Made by a program: the position numbers and the translations under genes. Below, piece by piece: positions 26,074 through 39,650 of a stretch of 64,000 nucleotides of DNA (position 1 is its first letter; each line of letters begins with the position of its first letter). Source of the DNA: Eledone cirrhosa (lineage: Eukaryota); NCBI GenBank assembly GCA_964016885.1, contig OZ024743.1:156302001-156366000 (forward strand). Direction: 5' to 3'. Below the pieces are notes generated by a model that saw nothing but the letters and a program-made list of their open reading frames with translations, did no database searches and was not told the DNA's origin.

Positions 26074-28389
26074 ATGGAAAAGCATTACATAGGCATGTCC
26101 CTAAAGAACATTCCTATACATCGGAGAAAAGATTATACGTTCGGGATGATACAGCGAACAAACGACTTTATACGCAGAGTTAGATGGAAAAGTTTCCATT
26201 TCGACAAAGGACGTAATGGTCGGACCGTGGACTACAACAAGGAAACATACGGCTTCAAATCGTGTAAGAGCCCACCTACCAACCTTCAACTGGATGCCTT
26301 TGAACAGGACTTACTGAAGATGATTATAAATATCAAATTCAAAAAACTCCAGAATGACATAAATACATTCCTAAAAAAGCTGCGAACCACCAATGGAATT
26401 ATTGTCAAAGCGGACCAAACATCAAATGTGTATACGATGGATGTAAATACATACAATAGCTTCATACGGAAGGAATTACATAGGAAATACAAAAAAAAAA
26501 CTAATGAGGCGGCACTGATAAACATCAACAACGCAGCACACAATATAGTCAAACACCTAGGAATAGACGACAGAACAGAGCTACTTAGGTCATGTTCACC
26601 CACATTTAATCTAAAGGACCACAAGGTAAATTTTGATTCTAACCACACAATTAGACTTATATGCCCGTCCAAATCGGACATCGGGAAAATTAGTAAACAT
26701 ATATTAGACAGAGTGATAGCACGAATGAAAAATAAACTAGTACTTAAACTATGGGGTAACGCTACCTAAACAATTAATTGGTTTAACAATATAACTAACA
26801 AAGAAGTATCCAAATTTATACAATTTGACATTAACGATTATTACTCATCTATATCCCCCAACACCATGGATAAAGCCTTAGCATTCGCCAAAGCCAATTC
26901 TGATATAACAGAGGACGAGATAAAAATCATATTAGCTGCTAGGAAAACAATAATTTAATTTGAAAATGCCTATTGCCTATTGGGAACGTAAATATCTTAG
27001 ACATCACGATGGGGGCTAACGACTCGGCTCAAGTCACATATTTAGTAGGTATTTACATAGCCCATAGTTTACAAAGTGAGTTTAGCGACCTTCACGGCGG
27101 AATCTACAGAGACGACGCCCTTCTCCTAGTTAAGAACCTAAATAAACAGAGCTTAGAAAGACTCCGTAAGAATAATAGAAAGACTCCGGAAAACTAGGCC
27201 TTAGCATAACGTATGAGTATAGCACTAAAACAGTTAACTTTCAGGACGCGACGCTTAACCTAAATACGGGACTTATAAGACCTTTTCACAAGATTAATGA
27301 AAACTTAGCATACATCAACTGTAACTCAAACCACCCACTATCCATAATTAAATCCATTCCACGCAGCATATCCCTTAGGATCTCCCGCCTCTCGCCTAAC
27401 TGACAAATCTTCGAATAACATGTAGAATACTACAATACCGCATTAGACAAGGCAGGCCAGTTAGATAGAGTAGAATATATAGATGAAAGCCTCCGTGAAG
27501 CACACACGAACACGTATAACACAAACTCCGGTAACACACGCACCCACGCACTTACGCATAGAGCAGCAACGTATACGGCAAATAGAAATACATCGAAATC
27601 AAACTAGTGACGCAGTAGAAAATATATTTTCTATAACCCCATATTTAACACCTCTATTAATACTAACCTACCCTCTACTTTCTTTATAATAATAAATAAG
27701 CACTTTCCAGATTCACATAGATACAGCAAAATCCTTAACACTAAATCTATTAGACTATCTTACTCCACGGCACCAAATATAGAGGCACACATTAAGATCC
27801 TTAACGCTAAACAGATACATAACAACACCAAAACGCAAATTTACAACAATAACAATACAATCACCACCGAACACAAGATAATATCTAATACACAACCACC
27901 CGCTAATAGGCAAACAAAACCTAACACACTTGTACAGGCATCGCAGCCCACCAATAATGCCAAAGTTGCCCATGACAAGAATTGTAACTGCCACCAACCT
28001 GAAACCTATCCATTACATAATGAATGTATGCAGTCTAACCTGGTTTACCAATGCACAGTGGAATCAGACAACCAGAAATGGTATTACATCGGAGCGACTG
28101 GGAATACATCTAAAGCCCGTTGGTATACACACCGTTACGCAATGAAACATTCCCAGCATCGTTATGTAACTACCCTTGCAAACAAGACCTGGCAACTGAG
28201 GGAAAGTAACCATCAATACACCCTGAAGTGGAAAAAATTATCAAACGCGCCCCCATATCGGAGTGGTATGAGAAGCTGTCGATTATGCGAACTTGAGCTC
28301 TTCCACATCTTGAGTTGAAGAATAAGTTACTCAACAATAAAATCGAAAAATCAATTTATTGTAAACACAGACTCAAAGAGAAGTTTTAG
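26074..28389 (+). pseudogene. PLE reverse transcriptase plus C-terminal GIY-YIG endonuclease (stops and frameshifts)
   Basis: Motifs SLKNIP, RRVRWK, VKADQT, LKDHK, FIQFDINDYYSSI, ITMGANDSAQV, GIYRDD, SNHP, CNC, VYQC..YYIGAT, CRLC and CKHR. Confidence 0.9.
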
Positions 28390-29293
28390 CACTACACATC
28401 GAACCCTTAACCTCTTACTACCAACTGAGAAACTGCATATACTTAAACATGATACCCTCTTGTATTTAAACCCTTTTAATTACCCACAAAACCAATGCAT
28501 ATATCCCTCTCTTCTCCCTTATTCCCCTTCTATTTCTTCGTTTTCTTCCTTCCTTCCCTCCCCTTCTTGGCTATCATTTCTTTTCTTCTTTCTCACTCCC
28601 TTCTTTGCTTTTATTTTTGTCATTGTTATCTTTATCTTTATTTTATATATATATATATATATATTTATTTATCTCTTTATCTCCCTCTCTATCCATCCCT
28701 CCCACTATGATCAATTTAGTTCTCTTTAACTCACAACAATCCACGACACGAAGTCTGCTATCAAAACAGACCAAAGAATCCTTCCACCTCTACCCCTCCC
28801 TCCATCTCAGATTGTCACTCTACTTCCTACATATTCCTCCTTCCTCTCTCTCTATACTATTCCGTTTGTCCCCACACCTCCTGATTCCTCTCTCTCTATA
28901 CTAGTAACTACAATTCCAAATAAATATTTTTCTCTATATATTAATAATTATTTCAAGAGTAACTTATTCACTATTTTGAAAATTTGGACTGTCAACAGCA
29001 ATTATAATTGAGCGGCTGCTATTTACAGTATAGCAATATAAGGTTGCACTTACCAATGAAACGGTCGTAAATACCTGGATAAGATCCTTCTCTTAATGCT
29101 TACCTGTGTTTTCTCTTTTATAATATATATATATATACAAAAACACCTACATGCATACGCACACCCACACATATACATATATATATATATATATACATGC
29201 ATACATATATACATCTAAATATACATACGCACACGGACTGCGACATGCAGACACCTGCACATATGCAAATTTGCTTAAACATGCATGTTCTTC

Positions 29294-29324
<31 letters not shown>

Positions 29325-29441
29325 ACAAAACTGTAAATTAAAATTACATTATATAATAAAAAACAAAATATACCAAAAAATAACGGTAAAATAACATAAC
29401 ATAAAATATAAAGTATAAAGTATCAACATAGTATACAATAT

Positions 29442-29475
<34 letters not shown>

Positions 29476-29955
29476 CATATATATACACACATGTACACAT
29501 ATTCATATATACATATACGGATATATACAAGGGATATATGATAAAATAATACAAAAAGAATAATAGTAATAAAATGCATATATACTCCATATGTAATCAT
29601 CTGTATACATTCCTGTGAGATGCACATACACACATACATGTGTGCACAAATACACATACATATATATAGAGGCCCATATATGCATACGGCCGCACACACA
29701 CACACACATATATATATATACATATATATATTCGCACTTACGCAGCTACCTTCACACCCCTTCGCATACGTAGCTATACGTACATACGCACACATATATA
29801 CATATATACATTTCTATATATACACACATATATACATACAAACACACATACTCTGCCACATACTTACATACATGCACATGTCTGCAGATACACGCGCTCA
29901 TAAGCTCATGCATATGCGTACCCATGCCAATATACACACCCCCATACACACGCAC

Positions 29956-29991
<36 letters not shown>

Positions 29992-30029
29992 ACATAAACA
30001 CACACATACATGTACCTACGCACAGGTCC

Positions 30030-31708
30030 ACAAATGAAAACACCTGAATATAAATACAAGAGGATAATAAAATAAAATAAAATAAATAAATACATTTACA
30101 ATAGTTTAGGATACACTAAAATCTGCATGTAACTTCATAAATAGGTACATGAAAAAAGGCATAAAATAAAGAAACGGGAGGGGCAGGTACAGGAGAAGGT
30201 GCGTGTATTTATGTGATATACTACACACAGGTAGTATGAGGTGCACACTTGTGTCCGTATATAGAACAGGTAACAGTAAGAGAACAATAATAGAACAATA
30301 ATTACAGTAGTAATCATTGTTCCTAACTGGAATAGGTGGAGAGTATATAGTCACGATTGACGGGGTACACATTCAAGGGGACACCCAGCCCGATCGCCAT
30401 GGGGCATGACACCGTGGCTGCGGTGTGCTGTTCTATATGTTTGGGGAATCGGACCGGGTGGCATTGGGCCCCGTGTTAACGGTACCCGGCCCATGCGATG
30501 TATCTTCCAATGTTGTGTGCTCGGTCAGATGCGTCCCTGGTTACATATGTTTGCCTCAGGGGTCGCACACTGTCATCAGGGCATGGCCTCAGGTCCACTA
30601 ATCCCGTTGGGCCAATCGGGTCTGTGCGCACCTGTTCCCATGCCCCGGGCCTGCGCCACCCGGAGGATTCCATGCTGCAAATGTGCATCTTCTCTGGTGT
30701 CTGCAGGTCATGATAATTTCAGACTTCAGGTTGACGGCGTCAGCTTTCAGTCTGACTATCTCCATGGCCTCGTGTAGGCATAATCGGCACTTTCTATCTC
30801 CGGCCGAATATGCACTCGCGTGGCGAACGATACTCCATTCCAGGGCGTAACCGAGTGCCTTGGTGTTTCACCCGTAGTTAAAGGGGTATCCAAACGCGTA
30901 TCCACCCTGTCGTCAAACGCAGAAGTGTTTAAACAGCACGCCAAATATTATAATAATGCACCGCGCAGGGCCGGTTACAAAGAGACCATACTATATACCG
31001 CGGACATGGTAGAGCTAAGTGATAAGGCGTGCAGAAATGCCAATAGTGAGGGTGCTTCCTTAGGTAGAAGCAATGACCTGATAGCAGTATACAGGAACAC
31101 AAATAGCAACACAACTAGCGTTAATGACACAAGACCGACCGGAGGTAGGATATAGGCACCCATAGGGCCCAGACCACCCAGTACGCGGCGGCATGGGCCT
31201 GGCACGTACACTGCATACTCCGCGGCAACTGGGACCAGGGACAGGACATCGACAAATACGAAAGGGAGCACGCCCAGCCTGGTTGTAGTGGTACAGCACC
31301 GACAGCAGCATCACATAGACCTAAGGGGAATAGACGTATAGCTGACCACATAGAACGACGTAACTTTATAACTGAAGAGCAGAACGCCGACGCCCATAGC
31401 GGGCAAACAGACATAGACAACACACGGAATGTAATTACGGTTGGGCCGAGCACAGCACGGACATCGAGTCCTGGACACACCAACAAGAATCCACGTACAC
31501 GATGGAATAGATCTAAGGCAGTTACTTGGTTCAATGCGCCTACTCCAAACATGTGCGCACAAACGTGGCAGGACTTTTTTTCCGAGCGTTGGATGAGTGC
31601 TTTCCGCCGACGAACAAGTACCACAAAATCAAGCGAGTGCATATTCGGCCGTAAGTATAAAGTGCCGATTAGGCCTACACGAGGCCATGGAGATAGTCAG
31701 ACTGAAAG
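30030..31708. mobile_element. GC-rich Naiad-type PLE fragments in inverted arrangement
   Basis: Minus 30820-30670 reads ASAYSAGDRKCRLCLHEAMEIVRLKADAVNLKSEIIMTCRH, followed by a pLTR-like region with CTGATGA (30573-30579). Plus 30820-31632 carries RT thumb and linker (VSKRVSTLSSNAEVFKQHAKYY; WFN..YSKHVRTNVAG). Inverted repeat 30745-30819 / 31633-31708. Confidence 0.8.
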
Positions 31709-32487
31709 TTGGGGACATACGACATGGTTTGGATACTCCTGTCGCCCGTCATTTCTGTTCTCCTGGTCATTCTTCCCTACATGTTTCAGTCCAGGGTGCC
31801 CTTTTACATCATGGATCACAGGCCTCGCGCACCAGGACTGAACAAAGTCTGATTCACCGCCTTGGGTCCTATCCCCCATTTGGACTCAACTCACCTCCCC
31901 AATTTCTCTAATACGCCGTCCATTATCACATCATTAGATTCCTATCGCTTTCTCTTGATCATTAACATCTTCTCTTACAACTAATACAGGCTGACTATAT
32001 ATGCTCACACCACTTTTCCCTTCACTTTTGTTCATAGTTTCGTACTTACATGCACACACAACTTTTACTCACATACATACACACACATTTCTTCTTAACT
32101 TCGTACGGACGTATAATATCACACATACACACACACACATGCTTACGCACGTGCACAAGTTTAACTCTTTTTACAAAATGTTTTTTTTTTTTATTCAGGT
32201 AAATGAGCTCAATCATGAAATTTTCTAAAGAATAAATCATACACAAAACGCCAGCACAAAGTTTTGCAAGAGATGTCAACATGAGTGGACCAGTTATTTT
32301 TATCTAAAGACATTTTTTCCAATTCCAACCCGCCCGTCCACTCAATCTATCTTATTTCTCATTCTTTCTTCTAATGAAGGACTAGCCTCCGAAAAGTTAA
32401 GACCCTCTACCTGCTATATCAAGCGTTAACCTAATATTCACCTTCCATATACTGTACCGATTGTGTTGTTAATGCTGTTTACCTTTT
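31709..32487 (+). mobile_element. 5'-truncated PLE of another clade (Neptune/Poseidon-like GIY-YIG C-terminal half plus pLTR)
   Basis: DIRHGLDTPVARHFCSPGH...EQSLIHRLGSYPPFGLN. The pLTR has a decayed HHR core CTAATGA-aggactagcctcc-GAAA at about 32371-32395 and matches 42640-42790. Confidence 0.8.
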
Positions 32488-32492
32488 AAATA

Positions 32493-32523
<31 letters not shown>

Positions 32524-32532
32524 TTATTTATA

Positions 32533-32795
32533 TGGAAAGTTATATTTAAATTGTTGGGTTACAACTAGTAAATATTTATAACTGATATAAAAGCACTCGA
32601 CAAATATTTGGAGTATATTTACAATATTAAATAAATGGAAACTATATTTATAAAACCATATTTATTTCATTATATATATTTCAGGGATATCATATTAACA
32701 ATATGCTATGCCTTCCTCAGACAAAATACAATATAAACAGTTTTATAGATAAATATATTCGACATACCGTAACAACATCGACTTGTATTTGAAAA
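32533..32795 (-). mobile_element. solo PLE pLTR, same family as 24222-24640, with HHR core CUGAGGA..GAAA
   Basis: Reverse complement of 24448-24640 and direct match to 24222-24400. Confidence 0.88.
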
Positions 32796-34035
32796 GGTTG
32801 ATTTATTTATATATATTCGCCAAAATCCCGATTTGGGGGAATATAAGCTACACCGAGTAAAATTAGTCAGTTTCATTCGTATAGATTCCCAGTATGTTTT
32901 CTAGCATACAGTAAACATTGGAATGACCGGTATTACAAGAACATTCTTGGAATTAAATAGTGATCCCTCCTTCATTATATGAAAATACTTTGTACTATTA
33001 TATCATTTACTGAACTTGCAGAGACGAAAAAATTCATTACGTCAGTCGTTATAGAACTCCAAACCACATTACACCCACGTATAAGGGAGAACTAGATCTA
33101 TTATTTTAACGAAACACTGGAAATAAACAATATATAATTTTATTTTGGCTATATTTAACCCTAATTTACACATTTTTTTTATTCATAACTTATATATTTT
33201 TTTTAATTTATAATTTTTCCTTAATGTAATTTGTACGTAATATATTTTTCATAATTTATTTTTGTTCATTTACTTAACACGCTATTCAATCCAACTTCCA
33301 TTATATTTTTTTAACGTTTAAAAAATTCTAATAACTTGATCCCCATAGAACATATCTACTGTAACCTGATCTAATCCACCGTCACATTTAGCGGGTTTTG
33401 TCCAGTAGATACTCACACAAAATCTATTGTCCCTCACTTCTGTGGATGTGGTCTGAGAGGCTATCATTAACGGCATAGTAGTATATATAGCAACGACATG
33501 TATGTCGTCAACATACAAGCCCAACAACTATCTTGGTAGAACCAACGAAACCCACAATGACGAGCTTGTTATCCGGAGATGGTCTGCAGCAACAATAATA
33601 CCTACTTCAATAATACTACTTCCGAATAAAATATTTTCTCTCTTTATGTTTGCAGTAAGTGCTATATTTATTAACTCCCTATGTAATACGAACATTTTGG
33701 CCTCACCAGCATCTTTCGTAACCAGGCCATAGAAATATATATAGAGAGGTTTTTCAACAATAAAATGTTAAAGGAACATCACAAGTCCGATCTCGTGTTA
33801 TTTTAATCAAACTTGTATTTAACTCCGTGTGTGTATGTGTGTGAGTGAGTGATTTGATATGTTTATATATGCGAATACTCATTTGCATGTGTAATTCATA
33901 TTTGCTCTACGGTTCTTATATATTTGATATATATTTATCCTTTTCGAGCTCTCTTTGGATTTTAGTCTTCAAATTTATTATTATTACTATATATATAATA
34001 AAGAAGAAATTAAAAATGGTTAAAAGGTTTCCATA

Positions 34036-34105
34036 TATTTTATTATGCACATTTCGAATACAAAATCATCCTGGGACAACAATTGTGTCCTCGTCAGATA
34101 AAATA
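34036..34105 (-). ncRNA. type I hammerhead ribozyme motif
   Basis: UAUUUUAU-CUGACGA-G...C-GAAAUGUGCAUA^AUAAAAUA. Perfect 8-bp stem I, intact core, AUA triplet. Confidence 0.78.
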
Positions 34106-34177
34106 AGGTAACATGATATGAGGCATAATAGCACTTGTTTACAGGAAAGTGCTATTATGCCTCATATCATGTTACCT

Positions 34178-34247
34178 TATTTTATCTGATGAGAAGGCAA
34201 TTTTTGTCCCAGGATGATTTTTCATTCGAAATACGCATAATAAAATA
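34178..34247 (+). ncRNA. type I hammerhead ribozyme motif
   Basis: UAUUUUAU-CUGAUGA-GAA...UUC-GAAAUACGCAUA^AUAAAAUA. Confidence 0.75.
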
Positions 34248-34373
34248 TATGGAACACTTTTAACCATCTTTTAATTTCTTCTTTATAATATATACTCCAG
34301 TTCTACCAACTGTTGAGTGGTACTTATCGGATATATGGCATAGTTTTATTGTTCTACAATGTTACTCAACTTC

Positions 34374-34453
<80 letters not shown>

Positions 34454-34821
34454 TGTGTGTGTGAGTGATTTAATATGTTTATATATGCGAATACTCATTT
34501 GTATATGTAATTTGTATGTGTAGGAGTCCACATAGTCATACTAACGGGGATGTTTATTGCAGCCATTCACTTTCCTAAACCAACGACGTTTATTAGACGG
34601 CGTTTTTTAATCATTAAGTAACGAGATTATTCGTAATCTAGCTGTAACACCGGACGTAAATTAAACTGATTACTTTACGCCTAAATACACCACCCTGAAG
34701 ACGTAACACTGTTAATAAATTTTGAAGTTAACGCTTACCATATTAATTGTGCATGGTGTTAGGTGTCAAGCTATATAATATCTCTGCTCCTGAATTTCTG
34801 TTACATTAGAGTGTGTAGCAT

Positions 34822-34993
34822 AATTTGGGGGGAGGGAAAAGTCGATTAAATCGACACTAGTGCGTGACTGGTACTTTATGTTATATCTACCCCGTAAGGA
34901 TGAAAGGCAAATTTAACATCAGCGGGATTTGAACTCGTATCTCTATGCTGCAAAGCATGGCGTCCAACGCTCTACCGATACCTCCAATCCACC
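34822..34993 (-). mobile_element. tRNA-derived SINE copy
   Basis: Reverse-complement match to 12705-12890 (ccccgtaaggatgaaaggcaa, gggatttgaactc, ctctaccgatac). Confidence 0.85.
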
Positions 34994-35461
34994 ACACTCA
35001 TGATTCATAATAACAATGAATACAAACAGATATTTAATTATTATTACAGGTTTTAATCTATTTTTTCTCTTCATATGTTACATGACACCATTGTACTATT
35101 GTTTATTCAAAGAGAGTTATGGTCTTATGTCTTATAAGCCTAAAATCTACTACTTCCCTGAATTCTATTTGCATCCGTTTTGCTTGCTTTTTTTTTCATT
35201 ACTTGCCTATATTCATTAGTGGCTAATGTTCTTCAAATTAAATGCTCTTGAAGATATGCAGGTGTAATTGTATACTATGTAAATAATTATAAATTAATTG
35301 TTACTGATTAATTCATTGCTTACAAGTATCTAACATGTATAGAAACGATTTTAGAGGTGAAATTAATTTTTAAACCTTGGTTTTCCTCAACACACACACA
35401 CACATACACACACGCACACACGCACATACACGCACACACACGCACACACACACACATACAT

Positions 35462-35535
<74 letters not shown>

Positions 35536-38465
35536 GTATATATATATACTTTTAACATTATTTAGTTATGAATGGTATGACATATTTGAAATATTCTTTA
35601 TCTTTCTTTACAATTGTTCAGTTTGTAGATTGTTTAATTTTGTCCCAGTGGAACTGCTAAGATAATTTGACATGTGCTCCTAGGATTAACATCTCGTATT
35701 ATTTTTCAGTATCTTGTAAATGTATTTTTATATAAAGAACGTATATATTCTTATGTAGATTTATGATAATTTTAATTGTGTTTTCAGAGTCATGCAGTGT
35801 TATATATATATTATTTTACTCTATCTATTTCATCGTATTTCTTCTTCCTTCATTTTGCTTAAAACGCTTTCTCATGATCTTTCTTTTTACATTTAATTCT
35901 CTTTCACATACCGGATGGACTAAATATTTCTGCAGATTATATGTTACATAATTATCTATTCATTAATACAATGATTATACCGTATATGTGTAATCCTTCT
36001 GATATATTCCCCTTCTCTACTATTATTTCTCAATAAATTTCTAAACATTCATGCATATTGATTCCGAAATTCCAGTAACATCATATTTCTGATAGTGATG
36101 AAAACAATTATTGATACTATCTTTCATTTTTGAGATCTTTGACCGCCTCTACATATCATTTAAATTACATTCTAATTTCTTAAAAATGAGAAGGACAAAT
36201 GTACTCCAGGATACACTATACCTAATACTTTCAATTCGTAGCCTTAAAACTATAGAATATTGAAGATAAGCAGTGGAAATATTTGTCAGATATGAATGTT
36301 TTCATTATACCACAGGATTACTCAGAAGATAATATAACAATCTAATCGTGTTACGCCGATAGATGTCTTATGATCGATAGATGTCTTATGATCAAATGCG
36401 TTATATCAGTGACGGACATTTCTTAAGACTACGCTAGTATACATTTTCTAATATAACATTTACGTATGTTTGACATGCCAGACTGAATTTAGGGAAAATC
36501 CACTGCTACTTCTAACAGGTCTTGCATTTACTTACATTGAGAAAAATATCAGTATGATATAACATGTTTTTGACCTGGTATATCGATTTACAATAGAACA
36601 TTTTATTTCAGCGATTCTTGTTAAAATATTTGCCTTTAAGGTATACTTACTTGGAATAGCAATTTTATAGGCAAGAAATACAAAAACATATGTTTTTGGT
36701 CAATGACGAATATTCACTGGGCTAATTTGGTACACACAGGAAACAATTACTGACACACCCAGCTAAAATTATGTGCTCAAGAGGGAAGCGTACAATTCAT
36801 CTTACTTGCTGAAATATATACATGATTAGCCCGTTAAATGTTCAATAATTCCCTGGCTGACATAGCAAATGTGATGAAAACCTCGTAATTAACATGTTAA
36901 AATGATGGGCTGAAAGTAAACAATTTTCCAAGAATTCTAATTTTATCTTGTTTCTTGCCAAATAATGTCATTGGTAATGGTGTGAATATATAGTTGTAGA
37001 ACATTTCTTCCTTTGTAAGACACATGTCTTTTGCGAAGAAACAGTTTAATTGTTTCTATTTTATTATGTAGGTATATTTTATCAAGCCATAAAATGAAAC
37101 GCACACCTTATGGGCAAAATAAATTTAACATTAGAAAGTCGAAACTGTTTTTATAAGTCATTCAACCCAATACATTATATTTCTATTTTCATGAGCCAAT
37201 ATCAGATCCTTTGGATTTTATTGGGTATAGACGCCAAATGTCCGTTAAATGAATACTGAATGCCTTAAAAGTATATGTGCACATTTCATACAAACCGACA
37301 AAATTAAAGGCGGAATGAAAAGCTTTTCAGCAAATATATCCTTGTTCAGAGATACAATTACGATATCAATGTTTAAATACCAGATTCATTATGTAAGTTA
37401 ATGTATATAGTACATTTTACCTGTACCACTATATATTGCTAGCAATAAATATCAAACTGACGTAAAAAAGATATTTACATGAGATATTTGCATGAGATAT
37501 TTTCCATCAACTTTTGTTCAAGTTTCTTTATTCCTTTACCTATATTAATCATTCTTATTTATACGCACATTGTAAAATATGCTTCGCTGAAGAGGTCTCT
37601 CAAATCTAGTACATTGCGTCTGCTTTAACCATTTTGGTTTAAAACCCTATTCACTTCACATGCCAACGTATATCACCCAAAGTTAAATACTAATGGATCG
37701 TACTAGAATTATCTTTAGTCGTTGATGTAAGCGTAAAACACGATCAGAAGGAGACTTTGTCAACTTACTTCTTGAATAAGCTCAAGTAATCGAAAGATTA
37801 CATTTATAAGACTCTAGTGTCACAAGTTACATATATAAAACGCTAACGCATTTTTATAAATAGACACCTTTCTTATATTGAAACACAACCATGAATTAAA
37901 TACTATGTCGTCGTTGCTTAACTTCATAACAAACATGATAAAAGATTGTTTAAGTAAATTATTGTATTAGAAAGTGCACTCCGAAACTCTTTGCATTATC
38001 TGAAACTCTTCGCACTCTTTTAATAGCCTATATTTTATAAAACTGTGGGAAATGGAGCACAGAGGTTCCAGTATAAAGTAAAAGAATTATGTTCCAGTGT
38101 GGCTACATATGTATGATTTCCATAAAATGAATCTAGTTGGCTACTGTCCCAGTCATCTATATCACCTTATATAATTGCAAGATGAAGATACATGAAATAA
38201 TTATGTATTCATACACATAATACTGTGTCTCTGTATGTATGTTTAAGAGCCTTTGCCTTTGCTTGTGTAATGTCATTCTTACATTTCTGTGTATCAGTGT
38301 ATTTGTGAAAATATGTGCTCTCAAGTGAAGTTAAAAATGTCTTTTTAAATTCACGAATGCATTAGTGTTCAAACATAGAAAAAAACAAATGAACACACAT
38401 GCAACTGTACACACACACACACTCTCAGACACACACACATATATATATATATACACACAAACAGA

Positions 38466-38511
<46 letters not shown>

Positions 38512-38581
38512 TTTAATAACGAGTTGACGGACCCACCATATTTATCAATGCCAGGTTTTCATTAATCCTATGGAATGGGTA

Positions 38582-38620
<39 letters not shown>

Positions 38621-38621
<1 letters not shown>

Positions 38622-39650
38622 TACCCATTCCATAAGATTAGTGAAAACCTACTCTATGTTAGCTTCTACTCAAACCACCCTAGAAAAGCTATAGTCAATA
38701 GTGTTCAACAAAGAATTTCAAGACTCTCATCTAATAAAAAATATCTTCGATAACAAAGTTGAATACTATAACGACGTTTTACATAGAGATGGATACACTA
38801 ATAAAATTAATTACATAAATAGGAATAATAAAAACCGACCAGAAAAAGCATATTATAAAAATAACGAAAATAATCCACCTAAGCAAAATAATAAGTCACA
38901 TAGGAAAACCTTAACCCTCTCTAAAATTTGGTATTCACCTCCAATATCTTGAGGAATTAAGACATCTTTAACGCACCAATTCTTTAGAGTCCTAGATAAC
39001 TGTTTCCCCAAAACCCACAAATACCATTGCATTTTTAACAGACATGCAGTCAAGCTCACTTACTCAACGCCTATGAATTTGGTCCAGAATATAGCAAAGA
39101 TTTATAATAGGAATCTAAAATTAAACCAAACTGAAATAAAACCAAGTAACAATAATAATATAATAAATAACATTAGCAATACTACTAATAATAATGTATA
39201 CCTGAATAATAGCTCTCTAATCTTCAAGTAACAATTTACGAATATGTAACTGTAGGAATAATATCTCTTGGCCGCTAGAGAATAATTGCTTAGGTAGTAA
39301 TTTAGTATATAAATGCTCAATTAAAACTAACGATAAACTGTATAATTATATAGGTGCCACTTCAACATTTTAGGAGCGGTGGTATAATCACAAACATACT
39401 TTTAAACGCTCTCATAAGAAATTCTGTCACAACTAATTTGGTCTCTAAAAGACAATAACAGTGATATTTCAATCTCTTGGAGAGAGGCTCCCGCATACCA
39501 TAAACCTTCAATTTCCCAAATTTGTCATCTTTGTACAGAAGAAATCTGTACAATTAATATTACCGATCCTGGTAATATTATCAACAAATGAAAGAGATAT
39601 TTAATTCTTGTTTGCATAGATTTTCCCAGACTTTTCATAATCTTTATAAA
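38621..39650 (+). mobile_element. 5'-truncated, decayed Naiad-type PLE
   Basis: PFHKISENLLYVSFYSNHP..QRISRLS, KIWYSPP, FPKTHKYH.IFN, and YIGA-like and CLHR remnants. Parallels 27280-28390. Confidence 0.78.

Larger units (their letters stand above)
25173..29121 (+). mobile_element. near full-length Penelope-like element, Naiad-type, with inverted and direct pseudo-LTRs
   Basis: Inverted pLTR about 25173-25720, direct partial pLTR about 25696-26027, disrupted ORF 26074-28389, 3' pLTR about 28745-29121. Flanked by (TA)n. Confidence 0.9.
33991..34293. repeat. diverged palindrome of about 300 bp (solo pLTR) with a hammerhead on each arm
   Basis: Centre at about 34142. Flanked by a direct repeat of about 52 bp (33845-33896 / 34461-34512). 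Confidence 0.9.

Noticed and set aside
27395-28320. Selenocysteine read-through at Naiad TGA codons
   Set aside because: The TGAs are at non-conserved positions or coincide with a frameshift, and the copy also has TAA stops.
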